Positions 61,258 through 64,000 of a stretch of DNA of 64,000 bases are shown here, piece by piece. The notes under the pieces are model-generated. The model was given only the letters and a program-made list of their open reading frames with translations. It searched no databases and was not told where the DNA came from. Both the position numbers and the translations under genes were made by a program. Where the stretch lies: positions 1-64,000 of the forward strand of contig JAHLVW010000061.1 in assembly GCA_019058275.1 (NCBI GenBank). Reading direction: 5' to 3'. The DNA comes from Candidatus Heimdallarchaeota archaeon. Lineage in GTDB: Archaea > Asgardarchaeota > Heimdallarchaeia > JABLTI01. How positions within the stretch are numbered: the first letter of the stretch is position 1; the number at the start of each line of letters is the position of its first letter.

Positions 61258-62256
61258 ATGTCAAATATAGAAAACGCAAGTGATTCAGAAGTTTTTATTT
61301 TGAAGAAAGATGAAAATGATGATTTTGTTGACCTTATGATAACTTGTTTTAGTGAAGGTTTAGAACGCGAACGTGTAAACGTTAATGAAATTGCTAAAAT
61401 TATGAAGAAAATCAACAAACCGATTTTTCGTCTTATAATGAAGATTATGAAAGTGAAAATGTTCAACTATGGAATAAAAATTGAGAATAAACTAGTAAGT
61501 GCTCTCACACTATCCATTGAAAAGAAAACAGCTACAATTGGTAATGTAATGACACATCCAGATTATCGAAGAAGAGGATTTGCTCGTAAACTGTTCCAAA
61601 GAGCTATGAATGATGCTGAAGGATTTGATTTAGAAAAGGTTACATTGGATGTTCATGCTCAAAATCACGGAGCTATAAAATTATATGAAAGTGAAGGTTT
61701 TAAGAAATATTATCATGTTGGAAAAGCTGAATTCAATCTTTCAGAAAAAGAACTACATTCAGATGATAATTCTGTTGATTTAAAAGAAATAAGTAAAATT
61801 GATAAAGATTATTTTGATGAATTATTAGATTATTGTTACACTCAAGAAATGTTAAAAGAACGAAACAGGAAAAAAATGGCTAAGGATTATATTCCTTCGA
61901 GATTCATTAAATTTCTAGCTGGTAAAGTTGGAGGACAAAAATTATTCTTTTATGGATTATATTCCAATAAAGAAAATCAATTAAAAGGATATATGAATGC
62001 AAATACTTCAAAAATTGAAGAAGGAATTAATCTTTCATCTCCTTTAGTAAAAACTCATGATATTGATTTTATTTTTTCTGCTTTACCAAAAATAGCTGAA
62101 TTAGTTGACAAAGAATCTAAATATCTAAGGATCAAATTTTCAATGCATAGGAAAGGATTACAAGACAACCTTTTAAAAGTTGGATTTGAAATGAAAGATG
62201 AATCTCTCTACATGCGTAGGAAATTAAAGTTACAGGATAAGGATAAAAATGAATGA
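61258..62256 (+). CDS. GNAT-family acetyltransferase
   Basis: NVMTHPDYRRRGFA, N.GAIKLYESEGF. Confidence 0.88.
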   Translation: MSNIENASDSEVFILKKDENDDFVDLMITCFSEGLERERVNVNEIAKIMKKINKPIFRLIMKIMKVKMFNYGIKIENKLVSALTLSIEKKTATIGNVMTHPDYRRRGFARKLFQRAMNDAEGFDLEKVTLDVHAQNHGAIKLYESEGFKKYYHVGKAEFNLSEKELHSDDNSVDLKEISKIDKDYFDELLDYCYTQEMLKERNRKKMAKDYIPSRFIKFLAGKVGGQKLFFYGLYSNKENQLKGYMNANTSKIEEGINLSSPLVKTHDIDFIFSALPKIAELVDKESKYLRIKFSMHRKGLQDNLLKVGFEMKDESLYMRRKLKLQDKDKNE

Positions 62257-62833
62257 TCATAAACAACCAAAAGAAGATGAAATGAATATTATCGAAATGC
62301 AATATCCCAATCTTGACGATTTTAAAGCAGAAGGATTGATTTTGGATATTGGCGGTGGAGGGGAAGGCATTATTGGACAAATGAAGGGCAAACTAGTTAT
62401 TGCTATTGATAAGTCAAAAAGAGAATTAGAAGAAGCACCAAGTGACAATTTGAAAATTGTAATGGATGCAACAGATTTACAGTTTTTGGACAACTCATTT
62501 GAGACAGTAACAGCATTCTTTACACTTATGTATATGCTTGAAGAGACAAGAGAGAAAACCTTCAAAGAAGTTTTTCGCGTCTTGAAACCTGGTGGAAGAT
62601 TCCTTATATGGGATGTAATTATTCCAGAAATGGATGAAGAAGAGAAAAAGAAATCCTATGTTGTTCCTATTGAAGTAAAACTTCAAGATAAAACCATAAA
62701 AACTGGGTATGGTGTTAGAAGACCAGCTCAAGATAAGGAATACTACAAGAAATTAGCAAAGAAGACTGATTTCAATTTACTAGTAGAGTCGGAAAAAGAT
62801 CTAATATATTATCTTGAATTTCAGAAAAAGTAG
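62249..62833 (+). CDS. Class I SAM-dependent methyltransferase
   Basis: ILDIGGGGEG, DATDLQF.DNSF, RVLKPGG. Confidence 0.9.
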   Translation: MNDHKQPKEDEMNIIEMQYPNLDDFKAEGLILDIGGGGEGIIGQMKGKLVIAIDKSKRELEEAPSDNLKIVMDATDLQFLDNSFETVTAFFTLMYMLEETREKTFKEVFRVLKPGGRFLIWDVIIPEMDEEEKKKSYVVPIEVKLQDKTIKTGYGVRRPAQDKEYYKKLAKKTDFNLLVESEKDLIYYLEFQKK

Positions 62834-62866
62834 ATTAAAGAAATTATCCAAGTGAATAATTTTCTT

Positions 62867-63619
62867 TTATTTCTTTATTTTCTTACCAAGTGAAGCTAAG
62901 TAAATTACAAATTGTTCTTCGCCATCTAACGCTAAAACTTCATTCATTTTTTCATCTAAATATGCAGCAATAGCACAAACACCTGAATCAACGTTTTCAG
63001 CTGCTAAGTAAAGATTTTGACATACATGACCCACATCTAAGTGTAGGTATCTGTAAGCACGCACTTGATATCTCCAGGTAATTCTATAAGGAACAGCAAC
63101 CCAAATGAAAGTTGCAGCACAATGCTTAACCATGCTTTGGCCATAAGCACCTTCAACAATCCTATCAGCAATATTTTCATCCAAATTATGTTCAATTAGC
63201 TTATGATCTAGTGCAAGATAACGATAAACACCAGGTTTTAATCCTTCTACTCTATTTGCAAGAATGTAAGTTTCAAATGCATGTCTTGAACCAGCAGATG
63301 GAACTGTTCTTTTGGTCCAAACACCGCCAACTTCTTTTACTCCTTGTGTGCTCCATAGTAACCATGCTAATTCTTCAAGAGTTAAGGAATCATCACGGTA
63401 TTTCCTAACGCTTTCTCTTTTTTCAATCGCTTCTCTTAAGTCAACTTTAGGAACATTGATTTTATCTGGTTTTGGCAAATCTATTAGTGGTTTAGATTTA
63501 TCATAATCAAGCTGTAGTAGAGGTTTCTCTAATTTCTTTTTTTGATCAGATTCTCCTAAGTATTTGTATTTTGTTTTTTCCATGAATTCTTTTCCAATAT
63601 TATCCTTCATCGCTTTCAC
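62867..63619 (-). CDS. SagB/ThcOx-type nitroreductase-family protein
   Basis: RESVRKY, RTVPSAG, RAYRY..LD.GH..QN.YL. Confidence 0.9.
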   Translation of the reverse strand: MKAMKDNIGKEFMEKTKYKYLGESDQKKKLEKPLLQLDYDKSKPLIDLPKPDKINVPKVDLREAIEKRESVRKYRDDSLTLEELAWLLWSTQGVKEVGGVWTKRTVPSAGSRHAFETYILANRVEGLKPGVYRYLALDHKLIEHNLDENIADRIVEGAYGQSMVKHCAATFIWVAVPYRITWRYQVRAYRYLHLDVGHVCQNLYLAAENVDSGVCAIAAYLDEKMNEVLALDGEEQFVIYLASLGKKIKK

Positions 63620-63741
63620 CTTAAAATAGAAATATCACTTATTAATCTCATAGATAACCATATGTAAGTAAAGAAAGTTTTGGGTGCTCGAAAAAGAAAA
63701 ATACTTAATCAAGCATCATAATTTCTAAGGTTTTGATGTTT

Positions 63742-64000
63742 ATGGAAGAGCCAGTAATTATCTGTGAATATAGTTCAGAATGGATTAATCTTTTTGAAAA
63801 AGAGAAAAAATCAATACTAAATACTGTGGGAGAATATACTAACACAATAGAACATATTGGCAGCACAGCAATAGAAGGTTTAGCAGCAAAACCAATAATT
63901 GATATCCTAGTTGGTTTGAATTCTTTAGAGGATGCGAAAGATTGTATACCAAAACTTGAAGAATTAAATTATGAATATGTCCAAGAAGTTGAATTAATAC
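63742..64000 (+). CDS. GrpB/UPF0157-family protein (partial)
   Basis: Y...W...FE.E, IEHIGSTAIEGLAAKPIIDI. Confidence 0.9.
   Translation, partial: MEEPVIICEYSSEWINLFEKEKKSILNTVGEYTNTIEHIGSTAIEGLAAKPIIDILVGLNSLEDAKDCIPKLEELNYEYVQEVELI

Noticed and set aside
2326-63506. Short antisense or shadow ORFs in the track (e.g. 2326, 8114, 8639, 17777, 23558, 40509, 47087-49942, 62257)
   Set aside because: They lie within well-supported genes on the other strand or frame and show no motifs.
62867-63619. RiPP (azole peptide) biosynthetic cluster
   Set aside because: The SagB-type oxidase is stand-alone, with no YcaO, E1-like protein or precursor peptide nearby.
1-64000. Genome-wide stop-codon reassignment (TGA=Trp, or TAG/TAA readthrough)
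   Set aside because: Internal stops are of all three types. TGA, TAG and TAA also end intact genes at expected positions (e.g. gltA, rsmB and hdrC end in TGA), and TGG is used normally.

Overview
AT-rich (roughly 30% GC by eye), gene-dense chromosomal segment. It is most likely from an Asgard archaeon (Heimdallarchaeia-like). This is inferred from an intron-containing A1-U72 tRNA-Gln, a TFB-like protein, membrane-anchored RING proteins, a longin/uDENN-like protein, LRR/TPR proteins and surface proteins with a C-terminal TM helix plus basic tail. I see no CRISPR array, rRNA, integrase or transposase. Recognisable core genes are rsmB-family, glnS, gltA and hdrA(L)-mvhD-hdrC-hdrB; the rest is largely accessory (flavodoxins, SDRs, DinB, GNAT, HAD, beta-propeller surface proteins). 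About 15 accessory genes carry nonsense codons or frameshifts, while the conserved genes are intact. Best leads: (1) A tusA-dsrE-iscS-iscU-ferredoxin cluster whose IscS has lost the PLP Schiff-base Lys and other PLP contacts but keeps the persulfide Cys. Its IscU is fused to a DUF59-like domain, and the cluster is bracketed by ~110-bp direct repeats. It is a candidate cysteine-independent, sulfur-carrier-fed Fe-S assembly system. (2) A bacterial-type GlnRS carrying an archaeal GluRS N-terminal domain, 4 kb from a tRNA-Gln(UUG) with a non-canonical intron. (3) Eukaryote-like modules: a longin/uDENN + V4R gene pair, a CWH43/PGAP2IP-like protein, and SP-RING-like and RING membrane proteins. All family assignments come from motif recognition by eye; no searches were run.
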